A DNA stretch of 32,000 nucleotides from Candidatus Saccharimonadota bacterium (GCA_025349965.1 CP075337.1:300001-332000); one strand, 5' to 3'. Shown: positions 1 to 9,526, counted from the first letter of the stretch. Numbers and translations are program-made. The notes: generated by a model from the letters alone, not told the origin.

Positions 1-855
1 CCTGTTGGACAAAAACTCTCACTTGATAATGTTATTTTTAGCACCGGTGGAAATGCAACAAACGCCGCTGTTACTTTTGCGCGACAGGGGTTGCATAGCA
101 AGTATATCTGGTGTCTCGGTACGGATATTGCCAGTGAAGTTATCCTCCAGAGTCTCGACAAAGAGGGTATTGATACGGCAAGCGTTTACCAAGGCGCTCA
201 GTACCTCTCAAGCTACTCGGCGATTCTCATGTTGAGCGGTGGTGAACGAACAATCTTTAATCACAAGGGAAGTATGCCAGAAGCAAATAGCCCAGACTTT
301 GACTTCTCTGCGCTTGATGGCGCTGACTGGGTCTATCTTTCGTCACTTGGTGATATGGAGCTTCTCGAGCGCATTGTGAGCTATGCAGTACAGCAAAATA
401 CTCGCATTATGTTTAATCCGGCAGGCTCTGAGCTTGAAGAGAAGGATAAGCTCAAGGCACTTCTCCCCGATATCGACGTATTGACGCTTAATAAAGAGGA
501 AGCGCAAATGGTAGTAGATGGAGACACACTTGAAGAGCTTGCGCGTCGTTTGCAGGCATATTGTCCGGTTGTGATTGTATCCGATGGTCCAAATGGCGCC
601 ACTGCTACAGACGGCAAGACGATTGTACACGCAGGTATGTATGAAGATGTTCCGGTAATTGACCGCACCGGTGGTGGTGATGCTTTCGGTTCGGGCTTTT
701 TAAGTCAATTTGCGCAGGGTGCCAGCTTGAAAGATGCAATTATCTTTGCAAGCGCGAATTCAACCTCGGTTGTTCAGAAGATTGGCGCAAAAGAGGGTAT
801 TCTCTATCAGGGCGTTGAGCTCCATGATATGCCGCTAACAGAAAAAGAATTTTAA
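1..855 (+). CDS. PfkB-family carbohydrate/nucleoside kinase (ribokinase-like); 5' end lies outside the window
   Basis: Frame 1 is open from base 1 (PVGQKLSLDNVIFSTGGNATNAAVTFARQG, the N-terminal substrate-binding region of ribokinase-like kinases). The TTG at 91 in the ORF track is therefore internal. The C-terminal DRTGGGDAFGSGF motif is typical of the PfkB family. Stop TAA at 853-855. Confidence 0.85.
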   Translation, partial: PVGQKLSLDNVIFSTGGNATNAAVTFARQGLHSKYIWCLGTDIASEVILQSLDKEGIDTASVYQGAQYLSSYSAILMLSGGERTIFNHKGSMPEANSPDFDFSALDGADWVYLSSLGDMELLERIVSYAVQQNTRIMFNPAGSELEEKDKLKALLPDIDVLTLNKEEAQMVVDGDTLEELARRLQAYCPVVIVSDGPNGATATDGKTIVHAGMYEDVPVIDRTGGGDAFGSGFLSQFAQGASLKDAIIFASANSTSVVQKIGAKEGILYQGVELHDMPLTEKEF

Positions 856-872
856 TCCAGAAGGGGTGGGGT

Positions 873-2828
873 ATGGCACGATTTTTACGAGACTTGCTTG
901 ATGCAGAGGAGCCGGTATTTACGCAGTCGATTCGGCAGCTTGAAGAGGTGAGTGGCCGAACTGGTGCGGATGTTAAGCTCATTGGTGATATTACAAAAAT
1001 GGCACACGACAGCATGCGTGCATTAGGGCTAAATCCAGCCGCATCTACCGGTGAAGAAGTGTATCGAGCACTTCTTGGGCGTGTTGAGACTGATATGAAG
1101 CGTCTAACAAAGATCATTGGCGCAAATGATCCAGAAGATGTTCGTCATCTTGTGCCGTACATGATTGACGCTGCTAATAACGTGAAATTTAATCGTCGTG
1201 TATTTGTTTTAAAGCACGACAAAGCGAAGGACCTACTTCGCAAGATGCCGCCAAAGCAACTCATGAAGAAGCTTGGCTATGACGATATCGAAATGATGTT
1301 TGCGAATGAAGATTTCGATGAAATCTATACCGCGCTTCGCTTCTCTGAAGGCCCGGAATGGCTTAATGAGTACAATGAGCTCTTTAAGACAGTGAAAGCG
1401 ACCGACTACGAAGAGCGAGACATTCGTATTATTCAGATGAATCAAGAGAAGTACGCCGACCTTGCTGCGGGGTTTGTTCAGAAGAAGCTTCATAACGTAA
1501 CGCACACCAAGGAGCTGGGGGTGATTGTTGTCGTACCAATGAAGGCGCGCAAGATGCGTGGACTTGTTCTTAAAACGCTCCCGCTTCTGCTTCACTACAT
1601 GAATGAAGTGAAGCTATACTCCACCTTCTTCAAACTCAAGAGTACAAAGCCGAACTTTGGCCGTACTGTCGTTGAGACACTGATTGCTGACCCAGGAACG
1701 GGCGGTCAAATGGCTGGTAAGCGTGTACACTGGCGTGTTATTCAACGGTACCTCGGGAAACATAAAGAGGATTCAATTAGTAGCGTTGCCTTTGAGCCAC
1801 ACGTACAGCCAGAGGATCTTCACTGGCGCCGCGCCGAAGAGCTACTTTATCAGATTGATCCTGAGCTCGAGTTTTGGAAGGACCGTGATTACGTCGCGCT
1901 TAATTATGACGGATTCCCGGTTGCGTTTAACTTATTTGATGTGAGCTTTGCCTACTCAAATAGAGAGACGTACGAGGGTCGATACGCGTATCACTTCCGT
2001 GAAAGTCTTTGGAATGAAATATTTATTCGTTATATGGGCCTAAAGAATCTTGCCTCACAGATACTTGAGCAACTTGATAATGATAAGATTGCACCAGAAT
2101 TACTTAAGGTAGCAAAGAAGCCGCAACGCAAGAAGACGTTGGATACCAATAAGAAGGTTAATAGTGGTAAGAATCTCCTGCTTCGTAAGCGCATGATTGA
2201 TGCTGCCGAGGGCCGGCTTACCACTGTTGTAGATGAGCTTGAGCAGGCATTTTCTATCCTTACTCAACATGAAAAAACAGTCACCATTTTTGGGTCGGCT
2301 CGCAAGCCTCAGAACGATGAAATTACACAGGGTGCATATGACTTGGCCGCACGTTTGGGGCGCGAGGGATATGCGGTTGTTACCGGAGGCGGACATGGAG
2401 TAATGGAGGCAGCCAATCGCGGTGCGTATGAGGCGGGAGGTGAATCTATCGGACTTAATATCCAGTTGCCATTCGAACAGACGTTGAATGACTACACAAC
2501 GGCAAATTTTGAGTTTCGTCACTTCTTTGGGCGCAAGGTATCAATGACACTCGACGCAAGTGCTTTTGTCTATTTCCCTGGTGGCTTTGGTACATTTGAT
2601 GAGCTATTTGAGATACTCGTGCTTATGCAAACTGGAAAGATAGATCGTGTTCCGGTGGTGCTTGTTGGGTCTGACTTCTGGCGACCATGGGACGCGGTTA
2701 TTCGTGAAGTGATGCTTGATAAATACAAGGTTATTTCATATGAGGATACCGAGCTCTACCGCATTTATGACAATTACGATGATATAATGAACTATATAAA
2801 TACGGAATATAGAAAAACCCGTAAGTAA
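873..2828 (+). CDS. Two-module protein: uncharacterised ~430-aa N-terminal region fused to a C-terminal LOG/TIGR00730-type (lysine-decarboxylase-like) nucleotide phosphoribohydrolase domain
   Basis: ATG at 873 follows a GGGGTGG SD-like run. The C-terminal ~210 aa carry TIFGSAR, VVTGGGHGVMEAANRGA and PGGFGTFDE (nt 2577-2603), the LOG-family signature. Residues 1-~430 match no motif I recognise. Confidence 0.8.
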   Translation: MARFLRDLLDAEEPVFTQSIRQLEEVSGRTGADVKLIGDITKMAHDSMRALGLNPAASTGEEVYRALLGRVETDMKRLTKIIGANDPEDVRHLVPYMIDAANNVKFNRRVFVLKHDKAKDLLRKMPPKQLMKKLGYDDIEMMFANEDFDEIYTALRFSEGPEWLNEYNELFKTVKATDYEERDIRIIQMNQEKYADLAAGFVQKKLHNVTHTKELGVIVVVPMKARKMRGLVLKTLPLLLHYMNEVKLYSTFFKLKSTKPNFGRTVVETLIADPGTGGQMAGKRVHWRVIQRYLGKHKEDSISSVAFEPHVQPEDLHWRRAEELLYQIDPELEFWKDRDYVALNYDGFPVAFNLFDVSFAYSNRETYEGRYAYHFRESLWNEIFIRYMGLKNLASQILEQLDNDKIAPELLKVAKKPQRKKTLDTNKKVNSGKNLLLRKRMIDAAEGRLTTVVDELEQAFSILTQHEKTVTIFGSARKPQNDEITQGAYDLAARLGREGYAVVTGGGHGVMEAANRGAYEAGGESIGLNIQLPFEQTLNDYTTANFEFRHFFGRKVSMTLDASAFVYFPGGFGTFDELFEILVLMQTGKIDRVPVVLVGSDFWRPWDAVIREVMLDKYKVISYEDTELYRIYDNYDDIMNYINTEYRKTRK

Positions 2829-2836
2829 GAGGTGTT

Positions 2837-3427
2837 ATGACACGGCATACAAAACGAGTAATCGGCGCAGTAGGAATCGTCCTGTTGGTGTTTGCTGTGT
2901 TTATAGGTATTCTTTTTGCAACCGGAGTGTTTAATTCAAAAGAGACGCAGCCTAAGCAGCCAACGGATGCATCTTCGGATCAACCTCGGCAAGAAGCTCG
3001 TGATACGACAAAAGAAGAATCGCCTGCAAAGCCCGATACGAGCGCCGAGGATGAGGCGAAAAAACTCGATCCCGCAACACTCGGAACGGTTGATATTACT
3101 CCTGTATCCCTCACGGTTTCTTACGTAAAGGGTGTTGGTGGTTTTGAATATGAAGTACTGCGGGCGAGTGGTGGCCGGAAATACGTTGAACTGCGCAATG
3201 AGAAGCTTATTGGCACAAAGTGTAATGATGATGTCGGTGTCTTCGTTTCGATTGTCGAGGCACCAAATGAAAGCGAGAAGGCGACGATCTCCAAGACGAC
3301 TGATGTCGACGGTGTTCAGTATGGGCTTTCCGTCGCTTCGCCAACGTGTACGAGCGACCCCGAGTTGCTTCAGCAGTATCAAGATGCATTCTCAAAACCC
3401 TTTGGTCTTCTTAAGAAGTTGAATTAA
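2837..3427 (+). CDS. Membrane-anchored protein of unknown function (N-terminal TM helix, acidic/Pro-rich linker, ~120-aa two-Cys C-terminal domain)
   Basis: AGAGGTG SD 6 nt before the ATG. Hydrophobic segment VIGAVGIVLLVFAVFIGILFATGVF, then a low-complexity linker (KETQPKQPTDASSDQPRQEARDTTKEESPAKPDTSAEDEAKK). No recognisable catalytic motif. Confidence 0.6.
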   Translation: MTRHTKRVIGAVGIVLLVFAVFIGILFATGVFNSKETQPKQPTDASSDQPRQEARDTTKEESPAKPDTSAEDEAKKLDPATLGTVDITPVSLTVSYVKGVGGFEYEVLRASGGRKYVELRNEKLIGTKCNDDVGVFVSIVEAPNESEKATISKTTDVDGVQYGLSVASPTCTSDPELLQQYQDAFSKPFGLLKKLN

Positions 3428-3430
3428 GAG

Positions 3431-3436
3431 TATACT
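3431..3436 (+). promoter_or_regulatory. Candidate -10 box (TATACT) 6 nt upstream of the uvrB GTG
   Basis: TATACT-agaggg-GTG. The 6-nt spacer is also SD-like, so a leaderless versus a coupled start cannot be distinguished. Confidence 0.3.
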
Positions 3437-3442
3437 AGAGGG

Positions 3443-5413
3443 GTGGAGACTCCTTTTGTATTAAATTCAGCCTATCAACCGACCGGTGATCAGCCATCGG
3501 CTATTGCTCAATTGGTAGCAGGGTTAGATAAGGGTGAAAAGGAGCAAACATTACTTGGTGTCACTGGTTCGGGTAAGACCTTTACTATGGCGAATATCAT
3601 TGCCCAGCGTCAGGCGCCAACACTTATTTTGGCGCACAACAAGACGCTAGCTGCACAACTTTACAGTGAATTTAAGGCTTTTTTCCCGGACAACGAAGTT
3701 CATTACTTTGTGAGTTACTTTGATTACTATCAGCCAGAGGCATATATTGCTAGTAGTGATACGTATATTGAAAAAGACAGTAAGATTAATGACGAAATTG
3801 ACCGCCTCAGGCACGCTGCTACCACTGCGCTTTTGACGCGGCGCGATACAATCATCGTGGCCAGTGTGAGCTGTATTTATGGTATCGGTTCGCCAGACGA
3901 CTATGCCGAGATGTCACTTCTTGTTAAGAAAGGTGAGCGGCGCCAGCAGGATAAATTCGTCCGTCTTCTTTCTGACATCCAGTACCAACGTAACGACATT
4001 GATTTTCATCGCGGTACTTTTAGGGTGCGTGGTGATATTGTTGATGTTTTCCCTGCTGGTAGCGACGTAGCGTATCGCATTGAGTTCTTTGGCGACGAGG
4101 TAGATCGCATTACGCAAATTGACCCACTGACAGGTGAAATCCTGGCGGAGCCGGCGCAAGTTGCTATTTTCCCGAGCAGCCACTATGTTACACCAAAGGA
4201 AAAAGTGGCACGTGCGATTGAAGGTATTAAAAAAGAATTTGAAGAGCGAATGGAATTCTTCGAAAAGCATGAAAAACTTCTAGAAGCGCAGCGTCTTGCT
4301 CAGCGCACTAAATATGATATTGAAATGCTTGAAGAGACTGGTTTTGTGAAGGGTATCGAGAATTATAGCCGTTACCTGACAAATCGTGAACCTGGTGATC
4401 AACCGGCGACACTTCTCGACTACTTTCCTGATGACTTTTTACTGTTTGTGGACGAAAGTCACATGACCCTACCGCAGGTGAGGGGTATGTATAACGGTGA
4501 CCGTGCGCGTAAAGAGGTGCTAGTTGAACACGGCTTCCGCCTTCCAAGTGCGCTTGATAACCGCCCGCTTACGTTCGACGAATTTAATCGTCATATTAAT
4601 AAGGCAATTTATGTTTCGGCGACACCGGCGGACTACGAACTTTCACACAGCCCAGAGCCTGCACAGCAGGTGATTCGGCCGACCGGACTTATTGATCCGG
4701 AGATTGTGATCCGCCCAACAGAGGGGCAGGTGGATGATTTGATTGCTGAAATTCGCGAGCGTGTTGATAAGCATCAGCGTGTCCTCGTGACAACGCTCAC
4801 TAAACGTATGGCAGAAGACCTCACCACCTACCTACAAGAACTAGACATTAAAACGGCGTATATTCATAGCGAAGTAGACACTCTAGAGCGAAGTGATATT
4901 CTGCGCGATCTCAGGTCGGGTGTATATGATGTCTTGGTTGGAATTAATCTGCTCCGCGAAGGGCTTGATTTGCCTGAAGTAAGTCTTATTACTATTCTTG
5001 ATGCCGATAAGGAGGGATTCCTGCGTAGCGAGAGTGCGCTTATTCAGATTATTGGTCGTGCTGCTCGACACGTTGAGGGTAAGGTGATTATGTACGCGGA
5101 TAAGCGCACCGACTCAATGAACCGTGCCATTAGTGAAACCGATAGACGACGCAGTATCCAGACTGCCTACAATGAAAAGCATGGTATTACACCAACAAGT
5201 GTTGCTAAAGAGATCGATGAAGGTCTTCGTGCGATTATTCCAAAGAAGGAAGATGACAAGCCGAAACTTGATCTTAAGAAGATTCCCGTTGACGAATATG
5301 GCGGACTCATCAAAGACCTTACTGCTCAAATGGACCTTGCGAGTGCGAATCTCGAGTTTGAAAAAGCTGCCGAGCTGCGCGACCTCATCGGCGAAATTAA
5401 GATGAAATTATAG
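3443..5413 (+). CDS. uvrB: Excinuclease ABC subunit B
   Basis: N-terminal [11 protein letters not shown], Walker [13 protein letters not shown] box (FVDESHMT), helicase C-terminal motifs and the C-terminal UVR motif ([13 protein letters not shown]). An in-frame TAA at 3425-3427 means the GTG at 3443 is the first possible start. Confidence 0.97.
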   Translation: METPFVLNSAYQPTGDQPSAIAQLVAGLDKGEKEQTLLGVTGSGKTFTMANIIAQRQAPTLILAHNKTLAAQLYSEFKAFFPDNEVHYFVSYFDYYQPEAYIASSDTYIEKDSKINDEIDRLRHAATTALLTRRDTIIVASVSCIYGIGSPDDYAEMSLLVKKGERRQQDKFVRLLSDIQYQRNDIDFHRGTFRVRGDIVDVFPAGSDVAYRIEFFGDEVDRITQIDPLTGEILAEPAQVAIFPSSHYVTPKEKVARAIEGIKKEFEERMEFFEKHEKLLEAQRLAQRTKYDIEMLEETGFVKGIENYSRYLTNREPGDQPATLLDYFPDDFLLFVDESHMTLPQVRGMYNGDRARKEVLVEHGFRLPSALDNRPLTFDEFNRHINKAIYVSATPADYELSHSPEPAQQVIRPTGLIDPEIVIRPTEGQVDDLIAEIRERVDKHQRVLVTTLTKRMAEDLTTYLQELDIKTAYIHSEVDTLERSDILRDLRSGVYDVLVGINLLREGLDLPEVSLITILDADKEGFLRSESALIQIIGRAARHVEGKVIMYADKRTDSMNRAISETDRRRSIQTAYNEKHGITPTSVAKEIDEGLRAIIPKKEDDKPKLDLKKIPVDEYGGLIKDLTAQMDLASANLEFEKAAELRDLIGEIKMKL

Positions 5414-5419
5414 TATACT
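5414..5419 (+). promoter_or_regulatory. Candidate -10 box (TATACT) 7 nt upstream of the gatC ATG; no SD
   Basis: tagTATACTatatactATG. A second TATACT copy abuts the ATG. Confidence 0.4.
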
Positions 5420-5426
5420 ATATACT

Positions 5427-5717
5427 ATGACAGACATTACCACCGCAGATGTGCAACGTCTTGCACAATTAAGTAGTTTGCAGCTTTCTGATGATGAAGC
5501 TACATCTCTCACTGAAGATATTAAAAACATTCTAAATTATGTTGAGCAACTCTCTGAGCTCAATACTGATGGCGTTGCGCCCACCTATCAAGTAACCGAC
5601 CTTGAGAATGTATGGCGAAGCGATGATGTCGACACATACGGGCTTGAGCGTGAAGCACTGCTTGAATTGGCGCCAGACACGTTAGCTCATCAAATTAAAG
5701 TTCCGAAGGTTTTATAG
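5427..5717 (+). CDS. gatC: Asp/Glu-tRNA(Asn/Gln) amidotransferase subunit C
   Basis: 96 aa with the typical GatC pattern (VQRLAQLSSLQLSDDE...NILNYVEQLSELNTDGVAPT). Lies directly upstream of gatA. Confidence 0.93.
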   Translation: MTDITTADVQRLAQLSSLQLSDDEATSLTEDIKNILNYVEQLSELNTDGVAPTYQVTDLENVWRSDDVDTYGLEREALLELAPDTLAHQIKVPKVL

Positions 5718-5721
5718 CTCT

Positions 5722-7086
5722 ATGGTAATGATTTCTGATTTCTTAGGTACGTCTGCAGTAGAAAATGTTAAAAAGGCATTAAGTGCCGCGCGTGAAAATG
5801 AGTCGTTTAACGCACTTATCTCACTGAGTGAAACGCGCGCACTAGAGCGTGCGCAAAAAGTTGATGCTGGCGAAATTACCGGGCGTCTTGCTGGTGTGCC
5901 ATTTATTGCCAAAGATAATTTTCTTACGCTTGGCGATACAACAACCGTCGCTTCTGATTTCTTAAAAAACTTTGAAGCGCCAATTCAGGCAACGGCAATT
6001 GAAAAGCTTGAGACTGAAGGTGCGATTTGTATTGGTAAGGCAAACCTTGATGCTTTTGCGCATGGTGGAAGCACGGAAAATTCTGCTTTTGGGCCAACTA
6101 AGAATGCTCATGATGAAACACGTGTTGCCGGAGGAAGCTCTGGTGGCTCCGCGGTGGTGGTCGCGCTCGGTATTGTTCCGTTTGCACTCGGTACAGACAC
6201 GGGTGGTTCTATTCGTCAGCCAGCCAGTTTCAATGGTGTTGTTGGTGTAAAACCAACCTACGGCACGGTAAGCCGCTTTGGTGTTGTTGCTATGGCGAGT
6301 AGTACAGACACTATTGGTGTTTTAAGCTCAACAGTTGATGACGCTGAGCTCGTGATGGATATTATGAGTGGTCGTGATTCACGCGACATGACAACGCTTC
6401 CAGATTTCTTTGCACCAAAGCAGGAAAGTCAGACAAAACGCGTTGCGGTAATTAAAGAATTTATGTCAGACGCGGTCAATCCTGAAGTTCGCAAGGCGAC
6501 TGAGGTGTATGTTGAGGCGCTAAAGGCGCAGGGTGTAGAGGTGGGTGAGGTGAGTCTTCCAATGCTTGCGTATGCACTACCAACCTACTATATTGTTGTG
6601 CCGGCGGAGATTAGTAGCAATCTTGCGCGCTATGACGGTGTTCGCTATGGAGCGCGTTCTCCCGAGGCATCTTCGCTTGACGAGGTGTATGGGCTTTCGC
6701 GTGAGGCAGGGTTTATGGCTGAGAACAAACGCCGCATTATTATTGGAAGCTACGTACTGTCGAGTGGCTATTTCGATGCGTATTACCTTAAGGCACAGAA
6801 GGCTCGCACACTTCTTATTAATGAGTTCAACAAGGCCTTTGAATCATATGACTTCTTGATTGGTCCGGTTGCTCCAGATCCAGCCTTTAAGATTGGTGAA
6901 AACAGTGATGATCCAGTAAAGATGTATATGGCTGATATTATGACTGTTCCTGCGAGTCTTGCCGGGCTTCCAGCTGTAAGTATTCCGGCGGGCGCTACTA
7001 GCGAGGGGCTTCCAGTTGGCGTGCAGATTATCGGACAGCGTCAATCAGATGCCGAACTCCTTGCATTCGCAAAAAGGAGTGTGTAG
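5722..7086 (+). CDS. gatA: Asp/Glu-tRNA(Asn/Gln) amidotransferase subunit A
   Basis: Amidase signature GGSSGGSAVVVA...GTDTGGSIRQPASFNGVVGVKPTYG, with gatC/gatB context. Confidence 0.95.
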   Translation: MVMISDFLGTSAVENVKKALSAARENESFNALISLSETRALERAQKVDAGEITGRLAGVPFIAKDNFLTLGDTTTVASDFLKNFEAPIQATAIEKLETEGAICIGKANLDAFAHGGSTENSAFGPTKNAHDETRVAGGSSGGSAVVVALGIVPFALGTDTGGSIRQPASFNGVVGVKPTYGTVSRFGVVAMASSTDTIGVLSSTVDDAELVMDIMSGRDSRDMTTLPDFFAPKQESQTKRVAVIKEFMSDAVNPEVRKATEVYVEALKAQGVEVGEVSLPMLAYALPTYYIVVPAEISSNLARYDGVRYGARSPEASSLDEVYGLSREAGFMAENKRRIIIGSYVLSSGYFDAYYLKAQKARTLLINEFNKAFESYDFLIGPVAPDPAFKIGENSDDPVKMYMADIMTVPASLAGLPAVSIPAGATSEGLPVGVQIIGQRQSDAELLAFAKRSV

Positions 7087-7089
7087 GTA

Positions 7090-7515
7090 ATGGATCAGGC
7101 GACATCAATCATCTTCTTTTTGGCAGCCGTATTAATTACCGGCGGAATTCTATTTGCGATTATTTCCTTTTCTCGTCACGCTCCGAAAGGCTTGAAGCAA
7201 GACTATTACCGGAGTCAGTGGCTTTCTATTGAATCACAGCTCAAGCGTGAAGAACCTCACAGCTACACGGTGTGTATTCTGAATGCCGACAAGCTGCTTG
7301 ATAAAGCGCTGCGCGAACGTGGTGTGAAGGGCGAGACGATGGGTGAGCGTATGAAGAGTTATCAAGATAAATGGTCAAATGCGCAAACCGTCTGGACGGC
7401 ACATAAGATTCGCAATAAATTGGCACACGAAACCGATGTAAGTATGAATTATGATCAAGCACGTCGCGCCCTAGCTGCGTTTCGTCAGGGATTGAAAGAT
7501 GTTGGAGCTTTGTAG
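7090..7515 (+). CDS. Small N-terminally membrane-anchored protein with a HEPN/DUF4145-like helical domain (intact Rx4H motif)
   Basis: AAGGAG SD. TM helix IIFFLAAVLITGGILFAIISF. The pattern ADKLLDKALRERGVKGETMGERMKSY...AHKIRNKLAHETDVSMNYDQARRALAAF resembles DUF4145/HEPN domains. R108 is at nt 7411-7413 and H113 at nt 7426-7428. Confidence 0.65.
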   Translation: MDQATSIIFFLAAVLITGGILFAIISFSRHAPKGLKQDYYRSQWLSIESQLKREEPHSYTVCILNADKLLDKALRERGVKGETMGERMKSYQDKWSNAQTVWTAHKIRNKLAHETDVSMNYDQARRALAAFRQGLKDVGAL

Positions 7516-7524
7516 GAGTAGCGT

Positions 7525-8967
7525 ATGATAAGTCAAGAAATTTTAGATACATATGAAATGACAATCGGGATTGAGTGTCACGTTCAGCTTGCAACCAAGA
7601 CAAAGCTTTTTAGTGCAGCGGATAATGATGCTCGTGATGCCGAGCCGAATAGTAAAGTTGCGCCAATTGACTTTGGACTTCCGGGAATGCTTCCGGTACT
7701 CAACCGTGAGGCGGTTAATCTTGCCATCAAGGCTGGTAAGGCATTGAATGCCGATATTGCACGTGTGAGCCGGTTTGACCGCAAACACTACTTTTATCCA
7801 GATCTTCCAAAGGGCTACCAGACCAGTCAGATGTACCACCCGATTATTCTTGAAGGATTTATTGATGCGCCACTTGAAGATGGTTCATCAGTTCGGGTTC
7901 GCGTTCATCACGCACATATGGAAGAGGACGCTGGTAAGCTGACTCACTTTAGTGGGTATAGCCTTGTTGACCTTAACCGTGCTGGTACACCGCTTATTGA
8001 GATTGTTTCCGAGCCGGATATTCACTCTGCTGCCGCTGCGCGTGCGTATGCAACTGAGTTGTATCGTCTCATGACATACGCGGGTGTTACCCATGGCGAT
8101 CTCTATCATGGCAACATGCGCTTTGATGTTAATATTTCTGTTGCCAAGAAGGGCGCTACCGAACTTGGTAAGCGTGCTGAGGTGAAGAATCTTAATTCAT
8201 TCCGTAGTGTTGAGCGTGCAGCCGAGTTTGAATTTAAACGTCAAGTTGAACTTATTGAAAACGGTGGACAGGTAGTGCAGGAAACTCGCGGTTGGAATGA
8301 TGACAAGCAGGTAACGACGAGTCAGCGTTCTAAGGAAGATGCGCAAGACTATCGCTACATGCCAGATGCCGATATTCCACCAATCGTCTTGACTGATGAA
8401 GAGATTGAGCAGATTCAAGCGCAAGTGCCAAAACTCCCGCCACAGTACCGTGAAGAATTTTCAGCTCTTGGTGTGGATAGCTCAGTAATTGGGAAGATTA
8501 TGTCTCGTCAAGAGTATGCTGAGATTGCCTCGGAAGTACTGGCTAGGGGTGGTGCTCCGGCTGGAAAGCGTGTTGCGAATTGGATTGCAAGCAATTTAAG
8601 TCCTGAAGAGACCGAGGGTGATGTAAAGATGCCAAGCATTCAAGACTTGCTTACGCTTGCTGAAATGGCTGAGAAGAATGAGATTAACTCAAACGCTGCC
8701 GTTGAACTCTTTAACGCGCTAGTTGACGGAGCGACCAATCCTCGAAAGATTGCTGAAGATAAAAACCTTCTTCAGGTAAGTGATGAAGGTGCAGTAGCGG
8801 CAATCGTCGACGAAGTGCTGGCCGACCCGGCAAGCCAAAAGGCGGTCGAAGATATTAAGGCTGGCAATGACAAGGCTGTTGGATTCCTTGTGGGGCAAAT
8901 CATGAAGAAGTCGCAAGGAAAAGCGAATCCGGCGATGGCCCAGAAGTTGATCCGAGAAAGGCTGTAA
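7525..8967 (+). CDS. gatB: Asp/Glu-tRNA(Asn/Gln) amidotransferase subunit B
   Basis: N-terminal IGIECHVQL, FDRKHYFYPDLPKGYQTSQ, a C-terminal GatB/YqeY domain (GFLVGQIMKKSQGKANP) and a TAGGAG SD. Confidence 0.96.
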   Translation: MISQEILDTYEMTIGIECHVQLATKTKLFSAADNDARDAEPNSKVAPIDFGLPGMLPVLNREAVNLAIKAGKALNADIARVSRFDRKHYFYPDLPKGYQTSQMYHPIILEGFIDAPLEDGSSVRVRVHHAHMEEDAGKLTHFSGYSLVDLNRAGTPLIEIVSEPDIHSAAAARAYATELYRLMTYAGVTHGDLYHGNMRFDVNISVAKKGATELGKRAEVKNLNSFRSVERAAEFEFKRQVELIENGGQVVQETRGWNDDKQVTTSQRSKEDAQDYRYMPDADIPPIVLTDEEIEQIQAQVPKLPPQYREEFSALGVDSSVIGKIMSRQEYAEIASEVLARGGAPAGKRVANWIASNLSPEETEGDVKMPSIQDLLTLAEMAEKNEINSNAAVELFNALVDGATNPRKIAEDKNLLQVSDEGAVAAIVDEVLADPASQKAVEDIKAGNDKAVGFLVGQIMKKSQGKANPAMAQKLIRERL

Positions 8968-8968
8968 G

Positions 8969-9526
8969 GTGAGCGCCGGACCTTATCTTGTAATCATTCA
9001 AGGTGCGCCCGGCGTTGGTAAGACGACTCTTTCATATAAGCTGGCCAAAGATTTATCATTGCGGTGTATCTCAAAAGACGCGCTCAAGGAAATGCTTTAT
9101 GAACAGTGGGGTGCGCCCCACTCCAATGAAGAAACGAAACTTTATGGAAGAATTGCCATTCGCTCCATGTATGTAGCGGCTGATGAGTATCTTCGCGCTG
9201 GACAGACTGTCATAATTGAATCGCCACTCGAATCGCAGTTTGCGCTTGACGATATCGCCAAAATCATTAAGCCAGAGCGGGTTATTCAGCTGCATGCGTT
9301 CTGCGACCCGGCCGTACAGATTGAGCGTTTTCGCAGGAGAGTTATAGACGGTTCACGCCATGTTGGTCATGGAGACGCTGAGAGTTTCACTCAAGAGGAT
9401 GCAGAAGCATCCCAGCGGAGTAATCGGGCACTTTCTGGATTTATGACCATCCCTGTTGATACGACACATTTTGGCGAAAACGAGTACGATGGTCTATTAA
9501 CTCGTCTAAAGGAGGAGATGGTATGA
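8969..9526 (+). CDS. P-loop kinase of the AAA_33 / polynucleotide-kinase-like / zeta-like family; substrate unknown
   Basis: The GTG start lies 1 nt after the gatB stop, with a GAAAGG SD. Walker A GAPGVGKTT is followed by ISKDALKEML (the xSxDxx[RK] acceptor-activating motif of AAA_33 kinases). Its stop overlaps the galU start (ATGA). Confidence 0.7.
   Translation: MSAGPYLVIIQGAPGVGKTTLSYKLAKDLSLRCISKDALKEMLYEQWGAPHSNEETKLYGRIAIRSMYVAADEYLRAGQTVIIESPLESQFALDDIAKIIKPERVIQLHAFCDPAVQIERFRRRVIDGSRHVGHGDAESFTQEDAEASQRSNRALSGFMTIPVDTTHFGENEYDGLLTRLKEEMV

Noticed and set aside
3408-3419. A perfect 12-bp palindrome, CTTCTTAAGAAG, just upstream of uvrB, considered as a possible SOS/LexA-type operator
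   Set aside because: It lies inside the upstream coding sequence. It does not resemble the known LexA boxes (CTGT-N8-ACAG or GAAC-N4-GTTC). Several 12-bp palindromes are expected by chance in 32 kb.
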